Positions 8,434 to 18,349 of a stretch of DNA of 64,000 nt are shown here, one piece after another. Each line of letters begins with the position of its first letter. The first letter of the stretch is position 1. The stretch covers positions 6,567-70,566 of the forward strand of contig CANRCZ010000002.1 in assembly GCA_947629265.1 (NCBI GenBank), in the 5' to 3' direction. Source of the DNA: an uncultured Bacilli bacterium (GTDB lineage: Bacteria; Bacillota_I; Bacilli_A; RF39; UBA660). The notes beneath the pieces were generated by a model. That model did no database searches. It saw only the letters and a list, made by a program, of their open reading frames with translations, and was not told the DNA's origin. A program made the position numbers and the translations under genes.

Positions 8434-10800
8434 ATGAAAATTAGTAAAATTAAAATAGATAGTTCATTTGCAAAATTTGAAGATGGTGAAATATTAGATT
8501 TATCAACTTTATCAGAAAAAAATCAAAATCGGGTTTTTATATATGGCAGTAATGGTGCTGGTAAAAGTTCATTGTCAAAATTATTTTCAATTGGTAATAT
8601 GAAATTAGATGGCAATTTAGATTATCAAAATAGACTATCTTTATTAAAAACTACCAATAATGATAATCCATTATCTGTAAAAATATATTATAATGAAGAA
8701 GATTATACGGAATTTAATAATGATATTATAAGGCCCAAAAGGATACCTGTTTTTAATAAAGACTATATTGATTCTAAAATAACCTATCAAACTGATTTTA
8801 AAAATAATAAATTTGATCAGCAAGAATCTACATATAGTATTGAATTAGAATCAAAAACCAATTATCATGAAAAACTGAAAGAATTTACAAGAAATAAAGA
8901 AAAATTAGATGAATTAGAATTAAAAATCAATAATGAAATAATGTCAGGCATTAATGAAACAACTAAGGATACAGGTACAACTAAGGCAAATAAGATATAT
9001 ATGGAGGAGTATAATTTTACACAGTTTATAAGTCTGTCAGCTAAATCAATTCCAACTAGTAATTTAGATAAATTAAGATTAGAGCATCAGCAGTTCATTA
9101 AAAATTTAAAAGATTTAACAGAAGAAGATATCATAGAATTTGAAATAAAAGAATTTGATAAAGAAAATAAAATTCAAAAAAGAATAGATGAAATAAACAA
9201 AACAATAAAATTTAATGAAGATAAATCGAAATTAGATTTTGTTAAAAAATATTTAGATAGATATAGTGATGAGGAAAGAGAGTGGAAGATAAAAGGAGCT
9301 ATTTTATTAGGTGATGCTGATAAATGCCCATTTTGTGAACAAAATATTAAAGATATTGGTATAGTTGAATCATACAAGAATTATGTTAATAGCAGTACTA
9401 AAAAAGTAGAAAATTTTATCGAAGGGCAAATTGAATTTTTTAAAAATAGTAATAACGTAGTTAATAACTATATTGAAGGATATATTTTAAAGGCTAAAAA
9501 TGTAGATAAAATTTTTAATACTAATATAGCTGAAGACATTGATTTATTTATTAAAGAATTAATGAACTTTAACAAGCGTGTAATCGAACTTTTAAATAAA
9601 AAATTAAATCCTGAAAATCTATATATTGATTGTTCTGATATTTTAGAGGAGATAGATTTTAATTTGTTTGAAGAATTGGAATATAACTATAATAATCTAG
9701 TAAAGAAAATAGAAGATATTAATAGAAAAGTTACTAGTAATAAAAACGAAAAAGATAAAAGAAATAGAGAATATTTAAGGACAACTGGTAAATATATTAT
9801 CTATAATAAAATTAGGGATGAAATAAAAGAGTATAACTCATTAAAAATTAAAGATACTTTATTATCATCAGAAACTGGAGAATTAAAATCAAAATATCAA
9901 AAAGATATTCAAGAAAAAAATGAACTGTTAAAAACTATCAATAGTATATTAGATGAATTTAATATTACTAATTATAGAGTTGATGAAAATTTTGATATAT
10001 TTTTAAATGATTATAATGTAAGCACAAATGTAGAAAAAATGCTAAGTGATGGTGAAAAAAACATGATAGCATTTGCATTATTTGCAGCAGAACTTAAATT
10101 GCTGTATACAGAATCCGAGAAAGAAATTATATTTATTGATGATCCTATTACATCTGTTGATTATCCTAATTTATACAATATATATAATTACCTTGTAAAT
10201 ATAATTGAAGAAAATAAATCATCACAAATTTTTATTACATCACATAATATCGTATTTTTAAATATGTTAAAATTTAGATATAGTAAAGAAGCTACATACT
10301 ATAAACTATACACAAAACACAATAAGACTTATATTAAAATGGATGATTGTAAGTATGATTCTATTTACTTGGAAAAATTAAAAGAAATTTATAAAATTTC
10401 TAAAGAAAATGAAATAGATAAAAATCAAAAATTATACATTCATAATTATTGTAGGTATGTACTTGAAACACTATCAAGATTTGAATATCCAGATCATAAT
10501 AATGATGCCGATTCTTCTAGAGAATACATCAAAAATCTAAAGAAAGATATTAAAAATGGAAAAGTAAATTTATCAATAAGTGAAAAGAAATTAGATAGTT
10601 TATTAAATATCATTAATAAAGGTTCACATGCAACTTTAGATGTTGTTCATGATGGTGAAATATTTACGGATGAACATTATATTAATGCTTGTAAACAGGT
10701 AATAAATATAATTCATGCTAAGTATGAGGGACAATATCAATTATTAACTAATTCATATTCATCTGATGATTCAAAGAAAGAAAAAATTTCAAAAAAATAG
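8434..10800 (+). CDS. RloC-like Rad50/ABC-type ATPase with C-terminal anticodon-nuclease-like region
   Basis: Walker A GSNGAGKSS, a long coiled-coil insert containing a CPFC (CxxC zinc-hook-like) motif, an ABC signature-like LSDGEK, Walker B IIFIDDP, then a C-terminal region with Arg/Glu/His candidates (NYCRYVLETLSRFE ... KGSHATLD). This 788-aa architecture matches RloC/PrrC. Confidence 0.5.
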   Translation: MKISKIKIDSSFAKFEDGEILDLSTLSEKNQNRVFIYGSNGAGKSSLSKLFSIGNMKLDGNLDYQNRLSLLKTTNNDNPLSVKIYYNEEDYTEFNNDIIRPKRIPVFNKDYIDSKITYQTDFKNNKFDQQESTYSIELESKTNYHEKLKEFTRNKEKLDELELKINNEIMSGINETTKDTGTTKANKIYMEEYNFTQFISLSAKSIPTSNLDKLRLEHQQFIKNLKDLTEEDIIEFEIKEFDKENKIQKRIDEINKTIKFNEDKSKLDFVKKYLDRYSDEEREWKIKGAILLGDADKCPFCEQNIKDIGIVESYKNYVNSSTKKVENFIEGQIEFFKNSNNVVNNYIEGYILKAKNVDKIFNTNIAEDIDLFIKELMNFNKRVIELLNKKLNPENLYIDCSDILEEIDFNLFEELEYNYNNLVKKIEDINRKVTSNKNEKDKRNREYLRTTGKYIIYNKIRDEIKEYNSLKIKDTLLSSETGELKSKYQKDIQEKNELLKTINSILDEFNITNYRVDENFDIFLNDYNVSTNVEKMLSDGEKNMIAFALFAAELKLLYTESEKEIIFIDDPITSVDYPNLYNIYNYLVNIIEENKSSQIFITSHNIVFLNMLKFRYSKEATYYKLYTKHNKTYIKMDDCKYDSIYLEKLKEIYKISKENEIDKNQKLYIHNYCRYVLETLSRFEYPDHNNDADSSREYIKNLKKDIKNGKVNLSISEKKLDSLLNIINKGSHATLDVVHDGEIFTDEHYINACKQVINIIHAKYEGQYQLLTNSYSSDDSKKEKISKK

Positions 10801-10928
10801 TTTTTATTAAAATATTTAATAAAAATTTTACAAAATAACACCAATATTAACCAATAATAAAAAATAACAAACGCATACATAAAAATTTCAAAAAATTACA
10901 ATATAATTAATATAGGAAGTGAGTTAGT

Positions 10929-11046
10929 ATGTTTTTGATTGGATTGATTATTGGTTTATTTATAGGTAGTTTTATAACTCTAATATTATATTCATGTATG
11001 GTCATTTCTAAAGAAGCTGATGAATGTATAGATAAAATGAATTAGT
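10929..11046 (+). CDS. small hydrophobic membrane peptide (39 aa)
   Basis: Not in the track. MFLIGLIIGLFIGSFITLILYSCMVISKEADECIDKMN, with an AGGAAGTGAG SD. Confidence 0.2.
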
Positions 11047-11094
11047 ATTTTAATACCATAATTAATATGATATAATTGCTTAGAAGGAGCATTT

Positions 11095-11541
11095 ATGAAA
11101 AAAATTATATCATGGATATTATTGTTAATTTGGTTGTTGATCATTTTTTATCTATCAAACCAAAATAGTGATATATCAGGTAATAGTAGTGGCAAAATAT
11201 TAAAAAATATTTTAAATTTTATCTATGACTTATTTAATATTAATACAAATAGTATAGACAGTGTTTTAGAAATAATACATAATCCTGTTAGAGAATTGAT
11301 GCATACATTTGAATACTTAATTTTAGGATTATTAATCTTTAATCTACTAAGAGTATATAATGTAGATAACAATATCATAATTATATGTATTTTATTATCC
11401 TTTTGCTATTCTATATCAGATGAAATTCATCAAATATTTGTAAAAGGTAGAACTTTTGAATATTTAGATATAATAATGGATACATTAGGTAGTATCTTAG
11501 GCACCTTAATAGGATGTAAGCTAATGAAGCGTAACTTATAA
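11095..11541 (+). CDS. VanZ family membrane protein
   Basis: Four TM segments and the ISDEIHQIFVKGRTFEYLDIIMDTLG motif typical of VanZ-like proteins. Confidence 0.5.
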   Translation: MKKIISWILLLIWLLIIFYLSNQNSDISGNSSGKILKNILNFIYDLFNINTNSIDSVLEIIHNPVRELMHTFEYLILGLLIFNLLRVYNVDNNIIIICILLSFCYSISDEIHQIFVKGRTFEYLDIIMDTLGSILGTLIGCKLMKRNL

Positions 11542-11563
11542 ATTACGTTTTTTTGTTTCTAAA

Positions 11564-12058
11564 CTACCTGTACCCACCATTAACCAAAGATGTATTTTCC
11601 CGAGCAATCAAAGCATTACTATCCAATTTTTTAATAATATCGATCAACTTATTAGTTTTATACCTATGCGTAATAATCAAATGCGTATATATCTTCGTTT
11701 CTAATCCATCGCTTTTTAACGTCGTAACCGCATAACCATTACCACGGATTTGGCTAGATAAATCCCACTTAGTAATACATATAATCAAATTAGTCCCTAG
11801 CGCCAATTTCTCCTCAACCTTGCTACCTAAATAAGAACCAAAAGCCGAACCAAGCGCAAAAGCAAACAATTTAAAAATATCCTGATCAATATCCACAATA
11901 ACCAAACTAGTACCAAGTAACCAGACCATCGTATTAGCAAACTGTAATAGAGCACCCAGTACTTTCTTATTATTATTGATGATGATAATCCTTAAAGTCG
12001 CTAACATATTTTCAAGTATTTTAGAGCCAAAAATAAATAAGTATAGTAATATATTCAT
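11564..12058 (-). CDS. UPF0316/DUF2179 family membrane protein
   Basis: Layout and motifs resemble Bacillus YebE-type UPF0316 proteins (GSKVEEKLALG..., C-terminal ...NGGY). Confidence 0.4.
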   Translation of the reverse strand: MNILLYLFIFGSKILENMLATLRIIIINNNKKVLGALLQFANTMVWLLGTSLVIVDIDQDIFKLFAFALGSAFGSYLGSKVEEKLALGTNLIICITKWDLSSQIRGNGYAVTTLKSDGLETKIYTHLIITHRYKTNKLIDIIKKLDSNALIARENTSLVNGGYR

Positions 12059-12154
12059 ACTTATATTATTACAATAATTAAGATAAATTATACAACTTTA
12101 AAAAAAGTATGTTAAAATTAAAAAAAATATGTTACAATTATCCTAGGTGATAGA

Positions 12155-12694
12155 ATGAACATAGAAACCGTTTTTGAAACTTTAAAAAATAATCAGAATA
12201 TCGATGATGACTTTAAAGAACTAATCCAAGAATTGATAATCATCTTTACTAAGTTTTTTCCAAACGTCGATTTAACCAACCTAAACAATAAACTAAAAGA
12301 CTTAAAGATTATCAAAGCTAATAAATTGATCAGTAAAGATATTATCGACTATAACGTTGTAAATAACGAACTTATCTTTAACCTAGAAGAAATAATGAAA
12401 GATTACGATCTAAGACATGTTCTAATGCATGGATTACTTAGAGTTATAACATCCTACGATAATACCTTTGGTTTCGATCAAAACAACCGCTTTACAGCCT
12501 TAAATATAGGTTATACCGAAATAATTACGAACTTTATTATCGGTAACGAAAGTATCTTAACCTTGTTTGATGATGAGGTTATCGCTACCAACTTAATAGC
12601 GGATGTCGTAGGTCACGATGTTTTATTTCAAGCGTACTTTACTAACAATGCTAACTTATTAGCAAGTACTTTAATCGATAAAGGAGTTGAATAA
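12155..12694 (+). CDS. hypothetical protein
   Basis: 179-aa ORF with SD-like GGTGATAG upstream. No recognisable motif. Confidence 0.3.
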   Translation: MNIETVFETLKNNQNIDDDFKELIQELIIIFTKFFPNVDLTNLNNKLKDLKIIKANKLISKDIIDYNVVNNELIFNLEEIMKDYDLRHVLMHGLLRVITSYDNTFGFDQNNRFTALNIGYTEIITNFIIGNESILTLFDDEVIATNLIADVVGHDVLFQAYFTNNANLLASTLIDKGVE

Positions 12695-12998
12695 AATGAA
12701 ATCAAAAACAATGGATTTAATGAATGCTAATTACCTATCAAGAAAATGCGATAACAATAACGTATATCGTAGTACCTTAGGTGATATCGAAAAGATAATT
12801 ATCGATGCCTATATCAAAAATCCTCATACCGAAGAAGAGGTTAATAACTTTGAAGCTAATCTGTATGGAAATAGTAGCATGTTTGACGATGATATCCATA
12901 AATCTGTCGATAACGTTTATCCATATTGGGACGTCGCTAAAACCAATATTCAAACCTATAGCTATGACACAGAACAAAGTCTAGGAAGAACTATTTAA
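12687..12998 (+). CDS. hypothetical protein
   Basis: 103-aa ORF overlapping the end of the previous ORF. No recognisable motif. Confidence 0.25.
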   Translation: MNKMKSKTMDLMNANYLSRKCDNNNVYRSTLGDIEKIIIDAYIKNPHTEEEVNNFEANLYGNSSMFDDDIHKSVDNVYPYWDVAKTNIQTYSYDTEQSLGRTI

Positions 12999-13116
12999 TA
13001 TGATCAAAAAGTAACTTTACATTTAAGTATAGTTATTTTTATATTGTCAATATTCGAATTATGTTTTAAAAAGATACATATATTATGGTATAATAGTAAT
13101 GATTGGAGAGAATTAT

Positions 13117-14205
13117 ATGAGAGTAATTGTCAGCGCTGGTGGAACAGGTGGTCATATCTATCCCGCTTTAGCAGTTATAAACAAGATAAAAGAGATGGAA
13201 CCTGATAGTGAATTTGTGTATATAGGTACACATAACAGAATGGAAAAAGACATCGTTCCTAGCAAAAATATTCCTTTTGAATCTATTGAAATATATGGTA
13301 TCAATAGAAAACACTTGCTTAAAAATTTTAAGACTTTAAAATGTTTTATCAAAAGTCAAAAAAAAGTTAAAAAGATCATCAAAGAATTTGATCCTGATAT
13401 CGTAATTGGTTTTGGAGGATACGTAACTGGTCCCGTTATTAAAATCGCCCATAAACTAGGTTATAAAACTTTCATCCACGAACAAAACTCAGTCGTTGGA
13501 AAAGCTAATCTGTATTTAGCAAAATACAGTAGTAAAATAGGCGTATCATTTGAATCAAGTATCGATAGTTTCCCTAAAAAGAAAACCGTTTTTACTGGTA
13601 ACCCTGTCAGTGAAGAAGCTGTTAAAAAAGAACCATTAAAAAAATCACAATTAGGTTTAAACGATAATAAAAGATTGATCGTCTTTGTCATGGGTTCACT
13701 AGGTTCTAGTAAAGTAAATGATATTTTAGTTAAAACGATGAACTCTTTTAAAGATAAAGATTATCAAATCTTATTTATAACTGGTAACTCTGGTTACGAT
13801 AAGATAAGTCAAAACAAATTTCCAAGTAACGTTAAAGTTATGCCATACTTAGATGATATGACGCGAATTTTAAAAAATACCGACTTAATTGTAACGCGAG
13901 CTGGAGCATCGACATTAAGTGAGATAATCGCTTTAAACGTTCCGGCTATCTTGATACCAAGTCCATATGTAACTAACAATCATCAATATAAAAATGCTTG
14001 TGACCTTACTAAACACGATGCCGCTATCATCATTGAAGAGAAAGATTTAAGTAAAAAAGTTCTTGTCGATAAGATCGATGAACTTATGAACGATAAAGAA
14101 AAATTAAAGGTTATGAAAGAAAATTTAAACAGTTTAAAAATAGAAAATAGTGCTTTAAAAATATACAATGTTTTAAAAGAATTGGTAGATCAAAATGCTA
14201 GATAA
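13117..14205 (+). CDS. murG: UDP-N-acetylglucosamine--N-acetylmuramyl-(pentapeptide) pyrophosphoryl-undecaprenol GlcNAc transferase
   Basis: MRVIVSAGGTGGHIYPALAV N-terminus and the GT28 C-terminal domain. The ATG at 13117 follows GGAGAG. Confidence 0.8.
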   Translation: MRVIVSAGGTGGHIYPALAVINKIKEMEPDSEFVYIGTHNRMEKDIVPSKNIPFESIEIYGINRKHLLKNFKTLKCFIKSQKKVKKIIKEFDPDIVIGFGGYVTGPVIKIAHKLGYKTFIHEQNSVVGKANLYLAKYSSKIGVSFESSIDSFPKKKTVFTGNPVSEEAVKKEPLKKSQLGLNDNKRLIVFVMGSLGSSKVNDILVKTMNSFKDKDYQILFITGNSGYDKISQNKFPSNVKVMPYLDDMTRILKNTDLIVTRAGASTLSEIIALNVPAILIPSPYVTNNHQYKNACDLTKHDAAIIIEEKDLSKKVLVDKIDELMNDKEKLKVMKENLNSLKIENSALKIYNVLKELVDQNAR

Positions 14206-15073
14206 CTTAGACGTTGGTACAGTAAGTTACAATGTTGCAATTAAAAAATATACAACCTATAAGTTAGATGGCACTATTAAAACGCTAGTCGTACCTGATA
14301 ATACGAGACAACTTATCAACGTTATCAAATACGCTAAAGAAAACAATATCAAATATAAAGTTATTGGCAATGGTTCTAATTTGATATTCGCCGATGATTT
14401 TGATGGTATTATCATTAAACTAGATAATTTTAATCATTTAGAAATAATCGATAACTTTGTCGTTGTAGGAGCAGGTTACAGTTTACCACTTTTAGCCCTT
14501 AACCTATCAAAAGAGGGGTACTCAGGATTAGAATTTGCAGCTGGTATTCCAGGTACTGTAGGCGGCTCTATTTTCAACAACGCTGGAGCTTATAAAAGCG
14601 ATATGGCAGCGGTTGTTAAGTCTATCTTAGTTTTAACACCCGATTTAGAAATCAAAAGACTTAGTAGTGAAGATTTAAAATTTAATTATCGAACATCATT
14701 TTTAAAAGATCATCCCGATTATATATGCTTAGAAGCCATAATTAAATTGATTAAAGGTCATACCGATGTCATCATGGAGGTTATCGATAGTAGAAAAAAA
14801 AGAAGAATGGAAACCCAACCTTTAGACTATCCATCAGCGGGTAGTATCTTTAGAAATTCTGATGACTTTTCAGCTTGGAAACTAATTGATGGTATCGGTT
14901 ATAAAGGAAAGCAAATCGGCGATGCTAAAGTAAGTGAAAAACATGCTAATTTTATTATAAATGTAGGTAATGCTAAGGGTAAAGACGTTATCAAATTAAT
15001 AGATGAAATTAAAGAAAAAGTAAAAGAAAAGTACGATATTGAATTAGTATTAGAACAAGAAATAGTAAAGTAG
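14195..15073 (+). CDS. murB: UDP-N-acetylenolpyruvoylglucosamine reductase
   Basis: FAD-binding domain and MurB C-terminal motifs (GSNLIF..., PSAGSIFRN). Overlaps the murG stop. Confidence 0.8.
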   Translation: MLDNLDVGTVSYNVAIKKYTTYKLDGTIKTLVVPDNTRQLINVIKYAKENNIKYKVIGNGSNLIFADDFDGIIIKLDNFNHLEIIDNFVVVGAGYSLPLLALNLSKEGYSGLEFAAGIPGTVGGSIFNNAGAYKSDMAAVVKSILVLTPDLEIKRLSSEDLKFNYRTSFLKDHPDYICLEAIIKLIKGHTDVIMEVIDSRKKRRMETQPLDYPSAGSIFRNSDDFSAWKLIDGIGYKGKQIGDAKVSEKHANFIINVGNAKGKDVIKLIDEIKEKVKEKYDIELVLEQEIVK

Positions 15074-15080
15074 GGATAAT

Positions 15081-15761
15081 ATGAAAAAGGTAAAAAAGAA
15101 AAAAAGGATCCGTTTTAAAAGAGTTTTTATTTTAATCGTTATATTTATCATAATTGGTTATATAATTAAAAGCTTGTTTTCTTTACCTGTTAGTAATATT
15201 ATTATCAAAGGAAATACTTATCTTTCTGATCAAGAAATTATCGATTTATCAGGTCTATCTAATTATCCATCTATCATTGATAATAGTTCTAAGCAAATCG
15301 CTAATAAACTTGAGGAAAATATCTATATTTCATCCGCTAAAGTTAGTAAGAACATTCATCGTGAGGTAACGATTGAAATTTCTGAAAATAAACCATTATT
15401 TTATAATTTATCGAAAAAGAAAACTGTTTTGATGAACGGTAAGGATATTGATGAAATGTTGGAGGTACCTGTTTTAATCAATTATGTACCTGATACTATT
15501 TATAATGATTTTATAAAGAGTATGTCTAAAACAGAGTATAGTATTTTAAAAAAAATATCCGAAATAAAGTATGATCCTAGTAATGTGGATAAGAAACGTT
15601 TCTTATTATATATGAGTGATCGAAACAAGGTATATGTAACATTAGATAAATTTTCTAAAGTAAATAATTATAATGATATTATTGAAAAGGTATTAGTCAA
15701 ATACGATGATAAAAAGGGTACTTTATATTTGGATGAGGGTGAGTATTTTGTCCTTAATTAA
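15081..15761 (+). CDS. divIB: cell division protein DivIB/FtsQ-like
   Basis: Basic N-terminus, one TM segment and a POTRA-like segment. Position after murG-murB matches the Firmicutes division and cell wall (dcw) cluster. Confidence 0.5.
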   Translation: MKKVKKKKRIRFKRVFILIVIFIIIGYIIKSLFSLPVSNIIIKGNTYLSDQEIIDLSGLSNYPSIIDNSSKQIANKLEENIYISSAKVSKNIHREVTIEISENKPLFYNLSKKKTVLMNGKDIDEMLEVPVLINYVPDTIYNDFIKSMSKTEYSILKKISEIKYDPSNVDKKRFLLYMSDRNKVYVTLDKFSKVNNYNDIIEKVLVKYDDKKGTLYLDEGEYFVLN

Positions 15762-15810
15762 TTATAACGAAAGTTATAATTTTTTTCTTTTAAATTAATA
15801 AAAAAATAGA

Positions 15811-15849
15811 CCGATATCGGTTGACTTGTTAAAAATTAAATGTTATACT
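15811..15849 (+). promoter_or_regulatory. 10-bp palindrome CCGATATCGG abutting a TTGACT-17-TATACT promoter
   Basis: Perfect palindrome at 15811-15820, then TTGACT (15821-26), a 17-nt spacer and TATACT. The same palindrome recurs at 16178-16187. Confidence 0.45.
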
Positions 15850-15882
15850 TGTATAAAATAAAGGGTAAAAAAAATGATAATG

Positions 15883-16122
15883 TTAATCATCAATTTTATC
15901 GAAATTAAATAGTTCGCTATCATAGAAATCTTTTAAAGATATCCTTAGTGTTCTACATATTTTATAAATAACGTATGAACTAGGATTATCAACTTTATTC
16001 GCTAGTAGTGATCTTAAAGTAGTAGGTGGAACTGTTGACATTTCGGCTAGTTTATTTGGTGTATATTTGTATTCTTTGCATAGGTTTAAAATTCTTTTGC
16101 TTACGGCCTCTTTATATAACAT
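15883..16122 (-). CDS. XRE-family helix-turn-helix transcriptional regulator (cassette A)
   Basis: 79-aa HTH protein (KLAEMSTVPPTTLRSLLANK). Divergent from the P1 gene. GGAGAT SD. Confidence 0.5.
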   Translation of the reverse strand: MLYKEAVSKRILNLCKEYKYTPNKLAEMSTVPPTTLRSLLANKVDNPSSYVIYKICRTLRISLKDFYDSELFNFDKIDD

Positions 16123-16177
16123 TAAATCATCTCCAAATACTAATAGAATTTTATCAAAAAATTTTACCTTTTATTCG

Positions 16178-16187
16178 CCGATATCGG
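16178..16187. promoter_or_regulatory. operator palindrome CCGATATCGG in the HTH-A/P1 divergent intergenic region
   Basis: Perfect 10-bp palindrome lying between the divergent start codons and overlapping the -35 region of the P1 promoter (GGTTTA..TAATAT). Confidence 0.5.
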
Positions 16188-16239
16188 TGGTTTAATATAT
16201 TAGTAATGTTAATATATTTTAATTTGAAAGAAGGTTTAT

Positions 16240-17094
16240 ATGGGAAGATTATTTAATAAGAAAAAATTTGTTTTTGTTTTTGGATTATTGATAGGAGTAA
16301 TCATCATGGGAGGAGCGAGCTATGCTTTAAATGAGATCCAAAGTAGTAGTGTTAGTTATAAGAAAAAAGATGGAACGATTACGACTGTTAAACAAGCTTT
16401 AGATGATTTAATTAATACGTCATTAAGTAGAATTGATGAATTAGATGAGAAAGTAACTGATTATGAGAAAGGTATTCATTATTTAGCGGATGTGGTTAAA
16501 GTTGGAGAATATGTTGCCTATGATGCTGGTGAGTGGAATGAAACAAAAGAGAAACCAAAATCACAAGGAGAATTTGGTGGATATACTGATGGGCAAAGTA
16601 AAAATGATAGTGTAGAGTGGTGTTATAGTAATAGTCATACCACCTCATTAAAGGGATGGCGAGTGTTATCAAAAAATGAAACAACTAAAACTGTAACCAT
16701 TATACACGCCGGTCAACCGGAATGTTATTATCACGGTACTAATCCTACAGAAAGTATAACTAAGTTAAATGATCGAGCTAAAAATCAGTATTTAAACCAA
16801 ATATACGCCGAGTCAGCCCATGCCATGAATTATGGTGATGCATATGCAATTACCGGAGATGGTGGTGCTACTAGTGAGACATTGCGAAATACTGGATCTT
16901 TGTATTGGTTAACTAATTCTGGTTATCCAACTGGCTTATATTATGTGTGGTATGATGGTAGTATTCATAGTGATGAGACTAATTCATTTGGCTTTCGTCC
17001 AGTCATTGAATTAAAAGCTAAAATATTAACAACGGGTCAAGGATCAGATAAAGTAGGCAATAATAAAGCATGGCAACTTGTAAAACCACAATAA
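16240..17094 (+). CDS. membrane-anchored surface protein P1 of the two-Cys C-terminal domain family (possible C-type-lectin/FGE-like fold)
   Basis: Signal anchor FGLLIGVIIMGGASYA. Conserved SVSYKKKDGTITTVKQALDDLI segment. C-terminal domain VGEYVAYDAGEWN...VEWC...LKGWRVL...HAGQPECYYHG...YAESAHAMN...YWL...GFRPVIELK, shared with four paralogs. Confidence 0.6.
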   Translation: MGRLFNKKKFVFVFGLLIGVIIMGGASYALNEIQSSSVSYKKKDGTITTVKQALDDLINTSLSRIDELDEKVTDYEKGIHYLADVVKVGEYVAYDAGEWNETKEKPKSQGEFGGYTDGQSKNDSVEWCYSNSHTTSLKGWRVLSKNETTKTVTIIHAGQPECYYHGTNPTESITKLNDRAKNQYLNQIYAESAHAMNYGDAYAITGDGGATSETLRNTGSLYWLTNSGYPTGLYYVWYDGSIHSDETNSFGFRPVIELKAKILTTGQGSDKVGNNKAWQLVKPQ

Positions 17095-17116
17095 ATTATT
17101 TAGATCAATTATAAAA

Positions 17117-17150
17117 TAGTGTTCTTTTTAAATTGAACACTATTTTTTTT
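17117..17150. terminator. bidirectional rho-independent terminator between P1 and HTH-B
   Basis: ATAGTGTTC tttttaaattg GAACACTAT followed by a T8 run. Confidence 0.6.
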
Positions 17151-17355
17151 CTTTTAAAATTATTTCAATATTACATGCTTCACATATTTTTATAAAGTCA
17201 CTGTAATATATTCTATTTATACCTTGTTCTATATCTCTTAGCCAACCGATTGATTTATTTAATTTTTTAGCAAGTTCAGCTTGTTTAAAATTACCAGCTT
17301 GTCTTATAAACTTTACTGTTTCGCCTGTTTTATATTCGTTTCCTTTTATTTCCAT
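17140..17355 (-). CDS. XRE-family HTH transcriptional regulator (cassette B)
   Basis: 71-aa HTH protein (FKQAELAKKLNKSIGWLRDIEQG). Confidence 0.5.
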   Translation of the reverse strand: MEIKGNEYKTGETVKFIRQAGNFKQAELAKKLNKSIGWLRDIEQGINRIYYSDFIKICEACNIEIILKEKK

Positions 17356-17424
17356 ATTATTATAACCTTTCTTGATAATAGTTATTAAACCTTACTATAT
17401 CATTTATTTATAAAAAAAAGTGTT

Positions 17425-17495
17425 ATTACGGTTGACAACCGTAATATAGCATGTTATAATCTAAATAATAACGGTGGTCAACCGTACTTTATAAT
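17425..17495 (+). promoter_or_regulatory. two palindromic operators overlapping consensus promoters upstream of P2
   Basis: ATTACGGTTG-A-CAACCGTAAT (17425-45) has perfect 10-bp arms. It embeds TTGACA (17432-37), then a 17-nt spacer and TATAAT (17455-60). A second, related palindrome ACGGTGGTCAACCGT (17471-85) abuts TATAAT (17490-95). AGGAG SD. Confidence 0.6.
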
Positions 17496-17518
17496 ACATT
17501 AGTAGGAGATGAATATAA

Positions 17519-18349
17519 ATGAAATTAATTAAAAATTTATTTAAACAAAAACTTGGTATTGCTTTTGGATTGCTAATAGGAGTAGTACTTATGGGTGGTG
17601 TAAGTAGAGGACTCGACCAATATACTAGTGCAGGGGTGAGCTATACTGGAAAAGATGGAAAGTTAACAACTGTCAAAGATGCATTAGACAATTTGATAGA
17701 TAAATCATTAACTCAAATTGATACGTTAGAGAAAAAAGTTAGCGAGTTGGAAAAACAAAAATCAAATGTTTATTTAGCAGAGGTCGCAAAACAAGGTGAC
17801 TATGTAGCTTATGATGCTGGTAACTGGAATGGAGCAACTGGTCAACCAGCAAGTCAAGGTGGATTTGGAGGAAATGGAACAGGTAATCGTGGAAATAGTG
17901 TAGCATGTAGAGAAAGTACAGCTCCGTCCTTAAAAGGTTGGAGAGTATTAAAAATTGAAAGTGGCCAAGTTTACCTAGTTCACGCAAGCCAACCTGAATG
18001 TTACTATCATGGATATAATCCAAGTGATAGCCAAACTAAATTAGCTGCAAGGGCACAAAGTACTTACTTAAATGGAACATATGCCGAATCTGCACATGCT
18101 ATGAATAAAGAAGAGGTTGAAGCTATTGACTCATCTAATGACTTACGAGCCACTGGAACACAATATTGGTTGTCCACCATTTTCGGTACTTACAACATAT
18201 ATTACGTGTTCACAGATGGTAGCTTCCGCTCCCTCAGCGGCGACTCGCTTGGCTTCCGGCCGGTTGTAGTTCTTAAATCTACAGTCCTTACCACCGGAAA
18301 AGGATCAGATGGCCTTGGACATAGTAATGCATGGTTAATAACAATTTGA
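17519..18349 (+). CDS. surface protein P2 of the two-Cys C-terminal domain family, with an NNC-codon-rich C-terminal variable segment
   Basis: Same architecture as P1. The segment between YWL and GFRPVVVLK is GC-rich and A-poor with mostly C-ending codons (agc ttc cgc tcc ctc agc ggc gac ...). Confidence 0.6.
   Translation: MKLIKNLFKQKLGIAFGLLIGVVLMGGVSRGLDQYTSAGVSYTGKDGKLTTVKDALDNLIDKSLTQIDTLEKKVSELEKQKSNVYLAEVAKQGDYVAYDAGNWNGATGQPASQGGFGGNGTGNRGNSVACRESTAPSLKGWRVLKIESGQVYLVHASQPECYYHGYNPSDSQTKLAARAQSTYLNGTYAESAHAMNKEEVEAIDSSNDLRATGTQYWLSTIFGTYNIYYVFTDGSFRSLSGDSLGFRPVVVLKSTVLTTGKGSDGLGHSNAWLITI

Noticed and set aside
11553-11735. 60-aa plus-strand ORF
   Set aside because: It overlaps the 3' end of the minus-strand DUF2179 gene and has no SD.
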